From Flaccisagitta enflata (Eukaryota), in assembly GCA_965153355.1 (NCBI GenBank), contig OZ231126.1, positions 49,290,001 to 49,354,000 of the forward strand: a stretch of 64,000 nt of DNA, in the 5' to 3' direction. The position numbers and the translations under genes are program-made. This document shows positions 35,640 through 47,743 of the stretch, in pieces (position 1 is the first letter of the stretch; each line of letters starts with the position of its first letter). The notes under the pieces are model-generated. The model worked only from the letters and a program-made list of their open reading frames with translations. It did no database searches and was not told the DNA's origin.

Positions 35640-38600
35640 CCAGCCACCAGGAAATTCCAAATAGGATGAACAACAAAATACAAAAAAAGAAGAATGCAAA
35701 TATTTGAATCAAACAGCGATGATTGGGTAATGCAGAAAGAGAGGTAAAAGATTGCTGAAGAAAAAGATGAACCAAGAAGCTCCCGGCGCTGGGTAATCTG
35801 GGGCCTGCGTGGGGCAGTCAGCAGGTGGCCATTGGCGGGTGGAGCCACTTGGCTGCAGGACTGCGCCAGCTGTGAGCAGAGGAGTCGCTTGCAAAATGGA
35901 GTCAGCTGCAAAGCAGAAATTTGTGCAAATATCAACCTGTGGGAGAATTGATGACAAAAGATTACAAGTGCAATGCATGAAGCTGAAAAGGGTGAATGTA
36001 CAAATATCAAATTAGAGACTCAAGGAAGCCTTGAACCAACAGCATTGCAGCACTAATCAGCTAAAAATATCAAATGCGCAAGAAAAAGGCTAAGCCTAGG
36101 CCTATGACATGCGAACCGTCGTGGGCGACCTTAATTCCATGAACAAACGCGTGAAAAAGCAAGAAGCAATCTGCCCAAATAATAAAAAGCGAGTGGGTGA
36201 GCCAGGCATGAGTCATGCTCACCTGCGCCATGCTGGCTAAAAGGCAGTAGTCAGAATTACTAGGTGAAAAAGAGCAGAAGTCCATAAAAAAACTAGTCAC
36301 CAAAATCATCAGCAGTGGCTGATATAGGCGAGATAATAATATTCCTAATGAGAAAAAATGTAAGAAATAAGATGAATGCGTGAGCACAAATCATGGGTGG
36401 AAGGTGAGCCCAACTAGTACTCCTCACCATCGGTGGCAGGAGCCGCAGCTGGGCACCTGGCTGATGCAACAGCAGTAATTATAGACTCTAATATCAGAAG
36501 ATAATCAGTAACTGTGCTCAGAGTAAAAACAGAATAAGTCAAACCACATGTTCTAAACTGGGTGCCTTTGTGGCACCTGGGAAAAATATAAATGGCCGAA
36601 TGAAGAAGACTGATATAAACAAACTCTGTCTATGGCGATGGCGATAATTCGATAATCACGGCTGATATTCATCAGTGATGTTTGAAAATGATAATTAACG
36701 GCGCCAAGCTAATCAATGCCATAACAGTATTTTGAACAACATTAATGTGAACTACATGAACATGAAATAGTTGAGTGATATCAGTGAATACAAAATCAGC
36801 ACAAGCAAATCATGAGGAAATCGACGATGTTAAATGGCGTGGCTAACATCAGTCATAGCTGAAGCGCATAGAAGAAGGACAATTCAATAAGTGAACTGTC
36901 AAGGCAAAAGCAGACGACAACAACCACATCTATAAAACTGAGGTAGAAAGGCATGCTTTCTCTACTTTCTTAAGTACTGAAATATGGAGGGCACATATTA
37001 AGGAACAGATGGCACAAGAGGCAGTGAGTATGAACCATCACAGAAGATTTAGGCTTGCAGGGTGAAATGACAATTCATCAAAGCTTGAAATGGCCATGCA
37101 AGGCACAAGTGGAAAAGCAAACAAGAGCTGCAGCTTCTGTGCTTAATGCGGGTGGCACGCCTTCATGCGGCGAGCTTAATCCCTGCCGTCAGAAATATTT
37201 CAGATTATCATGAAAAGTGTAGCCACGAGGCAGGCTGATGTGGCGACACAACAAAGCTGTACACATATCAGATTGCAGATGTCTGGGCATAACCGCTAGG
37301 CTAGGTAGTGGCGATGGCTGAGATAAGAAAAACTCATCGAAATAAGATCTGATGACAGTTTTAAACATAATGCATAGTGAAGAGCAGCAGTATCAAAGGA
37401 GAAATGGAAAACAAAAAAAAGCGAGCAAGAAAAGATTTGAAATAAATGGACTCAGCAGCCTAATGTGAAAGTGGAGAGAGCGCAGCAGCAGCTCCTTGAC
37501 CTAGATCCAGTCCGGAAAGGTGAGTGGAAGCAAAAAGAAGCGCTTCCGCAGCATGGTTTTCTTGAAGCGAACTGCTGCAATAGAAACTGCGTCTGGCGCA
37601 AATCCATTCACGCGTGCGCGCTGCGACGCATAAATTTCGTGAGACAGCGGCGTTATTCCCGTGAAACAATAAAAATATATTATGTTTTCGCAATCGCGTC
37701 CATATTACAAATAGCACTATTAAAACATTTCGTTACAAATATTATATTTTCTGCTATCAAAATACCATGATTGGTAAAATCACATTCGTTACTGTTCTGG
37801 CAGATCAATCATCGACTGCCTAAACACGATAAGAATTGCTTTCAATTTAACATCGTTAACCAGAAGGTGCTGACTGCGACTCTTTTAATGACGAATTTCA
37901 CCAATAGTGTGGATGGCTTTGAAAAATGGGCGCCAAACTGGCGGCGATAACATCGTCAGTCAGCAGCGAGTTGAATGGTAACGCGACCTACCCAACAACC
38001 CGACTAACCGAGCGCCTTTGTGAGCCATTCGTTATGTATCGATGACCTGTCCCGGATCGTGCTGACCGATTCGCCGGAAGCATATCGATCGGCGACTATA
38101 CGGATCCGCGCCGATAGGCGAGGAGCGCCCATCGACTCGGCGAGCGGCACCGTCCATACAAGCCAGCGATAAATTCAAGCCATCTGTTTATGGCGACAAA
38201 TCAGCATTCAAAACCAGATTTCTTGGCATTCGCTTTAGTGGAAGCAGCTTGCTGCTCAGCTCTGCCAGCGCTGATCAGGCTATGGGCACTGTCAGCCTGA
38301 CAGTCCAGTGACTGGGCCCAATTGGCAGCTAAATGAGCGTGGCATAAGCTTGTAGTGAGTATGACGTTTGAAGGCGTACCAGCAAAGCTGATGGGTGCCT
38401 CTGCACAAAACTATTGACTTGCAAACCCAGTCAAACATATTCCCTAAAAGAATGTCAATGAGGCCATCTAGCGCGCTCCCGATCGGCAGATGCCTGTGGA
38501 GCATGAAAAGCGACGCGCTAGCGAAATTCGATGACACTTCTGCTAGCGTACGCTAAAGCGACCTGCCAGTCCCAGGCCAGATTTCAACGTGTAAGGCGAC

Positions 38601-41600
38601 AGCTAGCTCTGTCGCGCCTCAGCCAAAGCCGCCTCCCAACTGCAAAAAAACGAGAAAAAACAAGGCAGGGAGGCAGCGAGATCTCCAGATTGCGAGCCAC
38701 TCGCCGCCGAGCAAGTAAGACCAAGGCATGGTTTACAGGCTATCACCATAGAAAAATAATTATCCGCCATTAGCTATAGAGATCCAGACAGTTGAAGAAA
38801 CAAATCTCCCATTAAATTAACTTGGTAGCTTTAGCATCAGCGACCAAAGCAAGGGAAAAGCATGGATCTTGGAAGTTCCCAGACCGACCAGAGGCAACCT
38901 GAGAGCATGGGGCTGATGGTGCCATCGCCTGACAGATTGTGTGTTAAGCACTGTCTGTGGCTGGGAAAAGAATCAGCTTCCCCCGATGTTTTAATAAAAA
39001 GGAACCCTTTAAGCTCGATTCTCAAGCGATGTGTGCTCGATTTATCACACCGAGTGTGTGAAACATTGAAGCAGTCGGGGTCCCCATATGCTGCTTTATG
39101 GCAAATAAACTGAAAGCTGGCCCAGTAGCTATGTGACAGCACATTAAGCCTGTTTACTATATATGCTAAGTGAACTGCTGCTAAGAAGATTAAATGAGCT
39201 GGGCAGCTAAGGCAGGCGCGGAAAGAAATAAATAAAACAGAGTTTCTGCCAGTGAGAGTCGGCCTTGATTATCGGGGATGGGTCAAAGCGCTGAACAAAG
39301 GCAAAAAATCTTGGAAGCAGCAGAGAAAAGAAAAGTGGCAAAAGACAAATCGAAGGCTATTATCAATAGAGACCTAATGGTTTATGTGTAATTCTGTTAT
39401 TTAAAATTGTCAAAAACAAAAAAAGAGAATATAACAGAGGGTGCACAGTGAGAGCAGATATTTCCGTCTGGAAAGCTGAAATACGTAGACATCAACACAG
39501 TCTGAGTCTGCGTTAGGCCACAAAGTATTGCAAAAGGAACCAGCAGTGCTCAAAAAACCAAGAACTCTCAATAAGAATATGGAAGAACTATTTTTGCGGA
39601 AAAGTAAAGCTATCATGAAAGAAAAGAAAAGCCATCATTTCTTGGACAAGATCAACTTCGATAATAAACAGAAAAGTTGCAGAAGTCTACCAGCAGGGGC
39701 CATGTGGAAAAGAAGAAGAGAAAAGAGCTGGAAGCATCATCACAGCACTCAGCAAATAAGCAAGCTCAAAAAAACAGAAAAACCCAAGAGATGATATGAA
39801 CAAATGAAACAAATGCAGCATCCTGCTGAGGGCTGGCACAGAAAAGAAGAATGTTAAAGCGGCTGGAGCAAATTAAAGCCCTGCAAGAAACAGGCGAATG
39901 GAAGTAAAATCAGAAAATGCAAATGTAACGAAAAATGAATGAGGCTAACTAAGGAACTCACTTAGTAAGCAGCAATGCTGCCAAACGAACAAAAAACAAA
40001 TACTCGATTTAGACAGGCTGCGGTGTGGGACAAACAGCCAAATATTAGAATACCAAAAGCTAATCAAACAGAAGAAGAAGAATAAAAATTACAACAAAGA
40101 AATGAAAAGAAAAGTAAAATTCTCGATAAAAAAGCCATCAAATCTGAAGCATATATGGGGCCCAGCTCTAAACAAGAAAATGAAAAAAATTAAAAATGAC
40201 CTACAAAAATATTCAGAAAAGACATGAAACAGAACAATTGGGAAGCACAGATAATGGCAGCATGTTATGGGATTAAACCTGAAAAGGAAGACATAAGCTG
40301 GTGCCCAAGGTGGGCACAGCCACTGCGCGAACCAGCACCACGGCAAAGTATCCACGCCCTAATGTAAGCATAGCTATAGGCATGGAAGAAGAAGGCTGCA
40401 AATGAGCGGATAGTGTCCTTGAAGATTAACATAAATTTACAAAGCTTCAATATTTATGCTTGCTATATGTCACGATGCTGCTCACTACATCTGGAAAACA
40501 TCAGAAAAATGACAGATTGAAAAGGCGTGCTGCCTCGCATCAGGTGGGGGCGGGGCTGCTCGATGGTGGTTACACAAGAGGCTCGAGGCGCCCAAAAATA
40601 CACAACCATGATAACGCAGATAAATAAGAAAAGAGCAATGCATGGTAAAAGACGTAAATGAAATACAGGCACTGTTGGAAGAAGATGCAGCTGAAGCTAA
40701 TATAATCAAAATTACAAGCTGCCTCACTGTGTGGGATCAGTATCAAGTACTGAAAAAGAGGCAGCGATGCGGGTGCGTAAAGTTACCCAGGCGACCAAAC
40801 TATCCAGAAAGAGCGCAGCCACACCATTCCTCAAAGAACTAACAGCAATGGAAAAATGTTTCCAATGAAGATGCTTTCTAATGAAGACCTGAATACAAGG
40901 AAGTCGTTATGCGAATCCGTATCGGATGAAAATCGATCGCAAATCGGATTAGCTGAGAGGCCAGGTCTGGGGCTGGGCCTCTGCCAGCGTCACGGCGCCC
41001 ACGGCGTGGCACAGCTCATCTTCAAAAGCCTATGCAGTGGCACAACGAAGTAAGCAAGTCAGTAACAACACTGTGGAAATATGTGGCAGGTGAAATATTT
41101 ATACAGTGATCAGAGCAATACTCTCACTGATATATTAGATCCAAAAGGTGAAAGTATGGAGTTAAAATTCTGAATAATTAATGAATATTATCAAGTGAAA
41201 CTGCGCTATAACACCATAAAGGCGACAAAAAACTAATGAAATCCTCCAGCATTACCTCACACAATACAAACATGATATTGTCATCACGATGACTAATGAC
41301 AGTCTTATGCACAGATCCTTTCACAATATTTAATAACTGAAGAAACACTTAAAATGAAGAAAGAACAAAGATGGCGTGAGTGAAGTGTTCATCTAGCAAA
41401 GCAGCAAGACATTCAAAGAAATACAAGAAAAGTTCAGTGTCCTGAGAGCAGGCGATCGCTATTACGCCAATCGTCTAAGCGAGCGGCAGCGCATTCGACT
41501 AATCCTGGCAGCAGTAATCGTCAGATCAAAAAGCGAGCAACGCGGCAGCAGTTCCAAGGCGATAATCCGATAAGCGCCGTGAACCTCGAAGCGGCGTGCG

Positions 41601-42760
41601 TGAAGTTGTCCCGCGGTTTCGCACCGGCGATCAGCCATGGTAAAATAACACACCACTCATAAAATTAACTTAGTAATCTAAGAATGAAAATGGCGATCTT
41701 AATCTAGGGTGACACCAGGAAAAGAAAGGACTGATAAGGAAGGCAAATGAATGACAGAAAATCATCAGCACATGATTCACACAAAACTAAGCTGAATCTA
41801 GAAATATCCGCTGCTGCCATATCAATGTTCAATCAAACGTAATCAAGCCATGAATCATCAATCACAGCAATGATGCATAGATATAGGACAATAATAAAAT
41901 GTTCCCGCAAAAAATCCCATTCAGATGACAAAATACATATTAAACTATTCAAGTTATCAAAATTTTGTCATGTCAGGAAGACATATTATTTAAACATGCC
42001 GTTATCAAGACATCAAGATTCACGACCTGTAATACTCAGCTGAGCACGGCTAGTTAAACTGCGAGATCAGCTATGATACGCAGGAAGTAAAATAATCATA
42101 TGAATTTAGCTCTGCGCAACCAAAAATGCTGTCACATTAAAAAATCACGCCAAAACAGCAGCTAACAGCGATGGCTTGCAACCTAGGGGTAAAAATGTGA
42201 AGCTAGCTATGAAAAATGACACAAAATCTGTCAGCACAAATCAAAAACTAATGCAGAAAAATGAAAACGCTGACCGAAATGGAAAAAGATCAAAGAACAC
42301 AAACGTAATAAAGAACGCAACGAAGGTAAAACGAACAATACAAAAAAGTAAACATCAAATCGTGATCAGGCAACACAGAAATGCTTTATCACAAACGTTA
42401 TCAGGCGCGACACCAGCATCGCATCGGGCAACAACTTTATCAGACCGGTGGCAGCATCGGAGCACAAGTAGCGGTGAGCTGAAATAGCCTTGAGTACAAA
42501 AATAGCATTGGAAAGAAGCGAGATTCAGTGAAGATGTGAACTAGCCGACTGTTCAGCGGAAACGAATAGAAAGCAAGACAACAGACCATTTATAAATAAA
42601 ATGAATCCATATCACACTCTTAATGTAACATCAGAGCAAGAGCACAAACGATACAGCAGCACCTCCGACAAATCACTGCACCACTGCTACAAAGGGTAAA
42701 CACAAATCACGAGTAAAAGTAAAGATCAATAAAACTGGAACCATAACAGAAAGGAGTGGG
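35640..42760 (+). other. Highly corrupted reverse-complement copy of 25790-35630 (probable low-accuracy long-read sequence)
   Basis: Collinear homology throughout, but ~7.1 kb versus ~9.8 kb, with dense small deletions and no surviving long ORF. Confidence 0.85.
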
Positions 42761-45700
42761 CAGACAAAGATAAAGACAAAGATAAGGACAATGGGTTAGT
42801 GGATTCCAGTGAACATGAGGATTTAGACACAACTAACAAAGCACCAGACCCAAAATTACCCAAAAGAAGGGGTAGAAAGCCAAATCCAGAAACCATAATA
42901 GTAAGAAACAATGAAACAGAGATGAAAGCAGACGAAGTTTTTCCAAGATTGGAAGAACCTCTAGAAGGCAAAGTATTAGTGCATAAAACAGATGGTGACA
43001 AAACTGTGGTGGGTCGACAGATATGCCACAGTACCGTTAGTTAATGAAAGCCGGCGAGACAATCAATTTCAAAACTCCAAAAGGAAAGGATGAGATTCTA
43101 CAAAAAAAATGACGAAAATGGCCACCATTGATTTTGGGGCAAGAGTGTATCCCAACATGACATATTCTGCCCAAAAAATGGTATTTTCATCAATTTTGGG
43201 CAAAAAAATGCCAAATAACAGTCCTACCGATTGTTGTGAGTTTAGGTCCCTGACACCATCAACTTCAATTGCTTATAGCTTCTAAACAAAAAAGGTTGGA
43301 AAAACGCGGTTGGCAGCATTTGAGGGAGAAACTGAAAAATCCTTTCAGGTAGCACAAATTTGACTAAATTGGTTCATAAACAGCGGTACAGTGTATCTCA
43401 AAGTACAGCAAATAGCAAATTCTATTTTTTAAGCTCTTTCACAGCCATAACTTTGATTGCTTATAGCTTCTAAACGAAAAAAGTTGGAAAACCGCGGTTG
43501 GCGGCATTTGAAAGAGCTGAAAAAATCCTTTCAGAACAGTCCAATTTGGTTAATAAACAGCGGTACAGTGATCTCTCAAAGTACAGTGAATTTTGAATAT
43601 TCAGTTCTCTCACCACCATCAACATTGATTGCTTATAGCTTCTATACAAAAAAGTTTGAAAAACGCGGTTGGCAGCATTTGAAGGAGATGGAAAAATCCT
43701 TTCAGAATAGCATGAATTTTGTCCAAATTGATTGATAAACAGCCGTACAGTGATCTCTCAAAGTACAGCTTTTTTTTTTCTTTCGCCACCAACAACTTTG
43801 ATTGCTTATGGCTTCTGAGCTAAACAAGTGACGCGAGGTCACAATATTGTTGCGGACGGATGGGCAGGGGCATCCATCCCCCTTACCCCAATCCCACACC
43901 CACCCTCCAACACACTCAGACACAAACAATTCCAATTGCAGCATCATGAATATGCGTTTTTGGGCAGCGGCCAGAGGACCTATGCTTTCACATATGCAGA
44001 AATTTCTCCTCCTCCTTCTTCTTCTCCTTCTCTGTACCCACCCCCCTACCCCCTTGAGGTCCAAATCCTAGCCTTGAGGCTCAAATTGAAGCCTCAAGGC
44101 TCAAATCCTAGCCTCAAGGCTCAAATCCCAGTTCTGAAGCTCAAATCCCAGCCAAAAAAGTGATTGATGGACATTATTTTTGTCAGAATTGATTGGATAT
44201 TTGCAATTGGTCAGATCCCTCTGAAGAAGTCTCTATTTTAAGTCGCGGACTTGTACCACCATTTATGACCGATTTTGATAAAATCCATGCTACTCTAAAA
44301 AAATATTTTAAGTCGCATGCTACGTGACTCCACCCCGCTTTGTTGGTCCGTCCGTCGGTCCGTCGGTCCATCTATCCGTTGGTCCATCACAATTTACTTT
44401 TTTGGGGTTCTTGTGGTCTTTGGCCTCACTGCTCCTGCCCAAGCGATCAAGTGACCTCAAATACAGCTCCCGCAAGCGAGGGAGGTAGCCGTGTATCCGG
44501 CCTTGTTTCAGCTCTTTCAAGTGCCGCCAACTGCGATCTTGTAACTTTTTAGTTGCGGACACACAAGAGGCTTTGTCCGTCCGTTGGTCCATCGGTCTGT
44601 TGGTCACGCTCGAGTTGTCACGCTTGAGTTTAAAAATGAATAGTAGCGAAAGCGTTAGATGGTTAGCGGTACCCGGAGGCTGGAATTTGATCCTGTAGGC
44701 TGGGATTTGAGCCTGGAGGCTGGAATTTGAGCCTGGAGGCTGGGATTTGAGCTTTGAGGCTGGGATTTGAGCTTCATGGTTGGGATTTTGGCTTCAATGC
44801 TGGGATTTGAGCTTTGAGGCTGGGATTTGAGCCTCGAGACTATGATTCAGGCCTTGGGACTAGGATTTGGGCCTCGTCGAGACTAGGATTCAGGCCTCAA
44901 GACTAGGATTTGGGCCTCAAGACTAGGATTACAGCTTCCTGGCTGGGATTTGAGCCTTGATGGTGGGAATGGGGCTTAGAGGCTGGGATTTAAGCTGGGG
45001 CTGGGATTTGAAGGCTTCAGGCTGGGATTTTGAGCTTGTGAGGGCTGGGATTTGAGCTTGAGGCTTGGATTTGAGCCTCAAGGCTAGGATTTGGACTTCA
45101 AGGGGGGGTGGGTACAGAGAAGGAGAAGAAGAAGGAGGAGAAATTTCTGCATATGTGAAAGCAATTGTGCAATTGTGCTGCAAGTGGAATTGTTTGTGTC
45201 TGAGTGTGTTGGAGGGTGGTTGGGGGTGGGATTGGGGTAAGGCTGGGGGATGGATGCCCCTGCCCATCCGTCCGCAACAATATTGTGACCACGCGTCACT
45301 TGTCTAGCTCAGAAGCCATAAGCAATCAAAGTTGTTGGTGGCGAAAGAAAAAAAAAAAGCTGTACTTTGAGAGATCACTGTACAGCTGTTTATCAAGCAA
45401 TTTGGACAAAATTCATGCTATTCTAAAAGGATTTTCCATCTCTTTCAAATGCTGCCAACCGCGTTTTTCTAACTTTTTTTGTATAGAAGCTATAAGCAAT
45501 CAGAGTTGATGGTGGTGAGAGAACTGTATATTCAAAATTCACTGTACTTTGAGAGATCACTGTACCGCTGTTTATTGACCAATTTGGACAAAATTTGTGC
45601 TGTTCTAACTGAAAGGATTTTTTCAGCTCTTTCAAATGCCGCCAACCGCGGTTTTCCAACTTTTTTCGTTTAGAAGCTATAAGCAATCAAAGTTGATGGT

Positions 45701-46422
45701 TGTGAAACAGCTTAAAAAATAGAATTTGCTGTACTTTGAGAGATCACTGTACCGCTGTTTATGAAACAATTTAGACAAAATTTGTGCCGTTTGGAAAGGA
45801 TTTTTTCAGCTCTTTCAAATGCCGCCAACCGCGTTTTTCCAACCTTTTTTGTTAAGAAGCTATAAGCAATTGAAGTTGATGGTGTCAGGGACCTTAACTC
45901 ACAACAATCGGTAGGACTGTTATTTGGCATTTTTTTGCCCAAAATTGATGAAAATACCATTTTTTGGGCAGAATATGTCATGTTAGGATACATTCTTGCC
46001 CCAAAATCAATGGTGGCCATTTTCGTCATTTTTTGAGACCACCTCCATTAGGCCCTGCAATTTGTCCAATTTGGTGCCGCTGCCGTACCCTCATGAGGCA
46101 TCCCTCCCACCCACCCACATGGTCACCTCCATACGTGTTTTTTCTATCCAACAAGCCCAAAAAATGTGCTTAATGTTGAAATTAAGAAGGAAATTTGAAT
46201 TTTTTAAGTATGAGGGTGGTAATTCAATTTTGCTCATTTTGAGGCTGAATATGTCAACTTTGTTGAGTTTTTGTAGTCTCTGGGCAACTCCCCTAAGCCT
46301 TCTGAGGCTTTTTTCCCATTGTACACACGTAATACCGCCCCCAAACTTCCGAGTGGCATGATCAAAGCAAAATCGGCATTTTTTGTACACCTCATGGTGA
46401 CATCTGTGGTGGGTCAACAGAT

Positions 46423-47739
46423 ATGCCACAATACCGTTATTTAATGAAAGCTGGTGAGAAAATCAATTTCAAAACTCCAAAAGGAAAAGATGAGATTCTA
46501 CACTTCAAAAAGATGATAAGAGAATTCATCCACACTATGAAATTAGCAGGCAATGACAAGATCAGAATGTATACAATCATAGCAGTCTTCAACACCATGG
46601 CAGAGGGCTACAACCATACACTCGAAGGCATGCTAAAACTCACTTGCACATTTCGCTCATTCCGGCACTTCAGTGAAATCTTCATCACCACACAGTGGCC
46701 TAATATTTACCAACATACCTTGTTGGTGGCCCGGTGGCTCTGTCAACTCCCGTCCGACTCGATAGAGACATACTATGAGAAACATGTTGCAGTCCATTCC
46801 GAATTGGACAGACCGATCGACGAGTCCGTCGAAGCTTTCGTAGATGGTATCCACAGCGATGAACTGAGAGAAAAAGTAAGATACCATGATTACGGCGAAG
46901 AAAGATCACTTGCAGACGTAAGAGAATATGCGAGCAAAATGGCTCAAAATCTGAAAATGGAAGCAGCAAGAAGAAAAGAAATTGCAAGTAGAGGCCGTGG
47001 CAACCAGCAATTTAACAACAACAACAACAGACGGGGCTTTGGAAGATACAACAGAAATAACTTCCAGAGCAGATCAATGAATAACGCAAGAAATAACGGA
47101 TCATTCGGTAGAGGTCAATCGGGAAATTTCCGAGGCCGCACAAGAGGCAGAGGCCGGATATTTAGAGGCCAAGGCCAAAGGTCTGTAGCCTCGGCCGACA
47201 GGACTCAATGCGGCAGATCGAGATCAATGAGCCGAAACAGAACATCCAGCTATGGATCAAAAAGATTCTCGAGATCAAGAAGTGGATCTAGGGCAGGGTC
47301 ACGGTCAAGCTCAAGATTCAGCTCGAGATCACGGGGTAGCTCGAGATCGAGACCCAGCTCTGGATCACGCTACTCATCTAGATCAAGAAGCAACTCAAGC
47401 CACAGATCAGGAAAAACAGTGAGATTCCAAAACAGAGGTCGTGGCAGAGGCAGAGGAGGTGCCGCTGTGAATAATGGCAGATCAAATGGAAATTACAGCC
47501 CATCTAAAGAGGAATCAACAAGAAAGAAAATGAAAGAATTTGGGCTCAATGGTTGCACAGGTTGCCTTTCCAGAGAGCACGTCTTTGACAGATTTAAATC
47601 GTGCGACAGGTCATGTCCGTTCTGTGAGAAAGAGTTTGATGAAAATGAAAATAGGCACTATGCATTCAACTGTAACAAGCGCCCGGAAGAGAGGCGAGAA
47701 TGCTTGCAAATTCTCAGCGAGCATGCTAGCAAAAGATGA
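46423..47739 (+). CDS. gag: Ty3/Gypsy Gag core: capsid-like region, RG/RS-rich basic tract, two Cys/His knuckles
   Basis: MHR-like QLPSDSIETYY...FVDGI; C-terminal CTGC-x4-H-x7-C and CPFC-x10-H-x4-C; directly upstream of the protease. Confidence 0.85.
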   Translation: MPQYRYLMKAGEKINFKTPKGKDEILHFKKMIREFIHTMKLAGNDKIRMYTIIAVFNTMAEGYNHTLEGMLKLTCTFRSFRHFSEIFITTQWPNIYQHTLLVARWLCQLPSDSIETYYEKHVAVHSELDRPIDESVEAFVDGIHSDELREKVRYHDYGEERSLADVREYASKMAQNLKMEAARRKEIASRGRGNQQFNNNNNRRGFGRYNRNNFQSRSMNNARNNGSFGRGQSGNFRGRTRGRGRIFRGQGQRSVASADRTQCGRSRSMSRNRTSSYGSKRFSRSRSGSRAGSRSSSRFSSRSRGSSRSRPSSGSRYSSRSRSNSSHRSGKTVRFQNRGRGRGRGGAAVNNGRSNGNYSPSKEESTRKKMKEFGLNGCTGCLSREHVFDRFKSCDRSCPFCEKEFDENENRHYAFNCNKRPEERRECLQILSEHASKR

Positions 47740-47743
47740 CTAG
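47737..47743 (+). promoter_or_regulatory. Putative stop-codon readthrough signal UGA-CUAG between gag and pol
   Basis: TGA 47737-47739 is followed by CTAG and the frame stays open into the protease (47848 is +108 nt, same frame). Identical in the inverted copy (20786-20792). Confidence 0.75.

Noticed and set aside
35709-42487. Many short ORFs in the right arm of the palindrome
   Set aside because: Chance frames in a corrupted reverse-complement copy of the left-arm ORFs.
47737-47739. In-frame UGA as a selenocysteine codon
   Set aside because: Its position at the gag/pol boundary and the CUAG context fit readthrough; no redox motif or recognisable SECIS.
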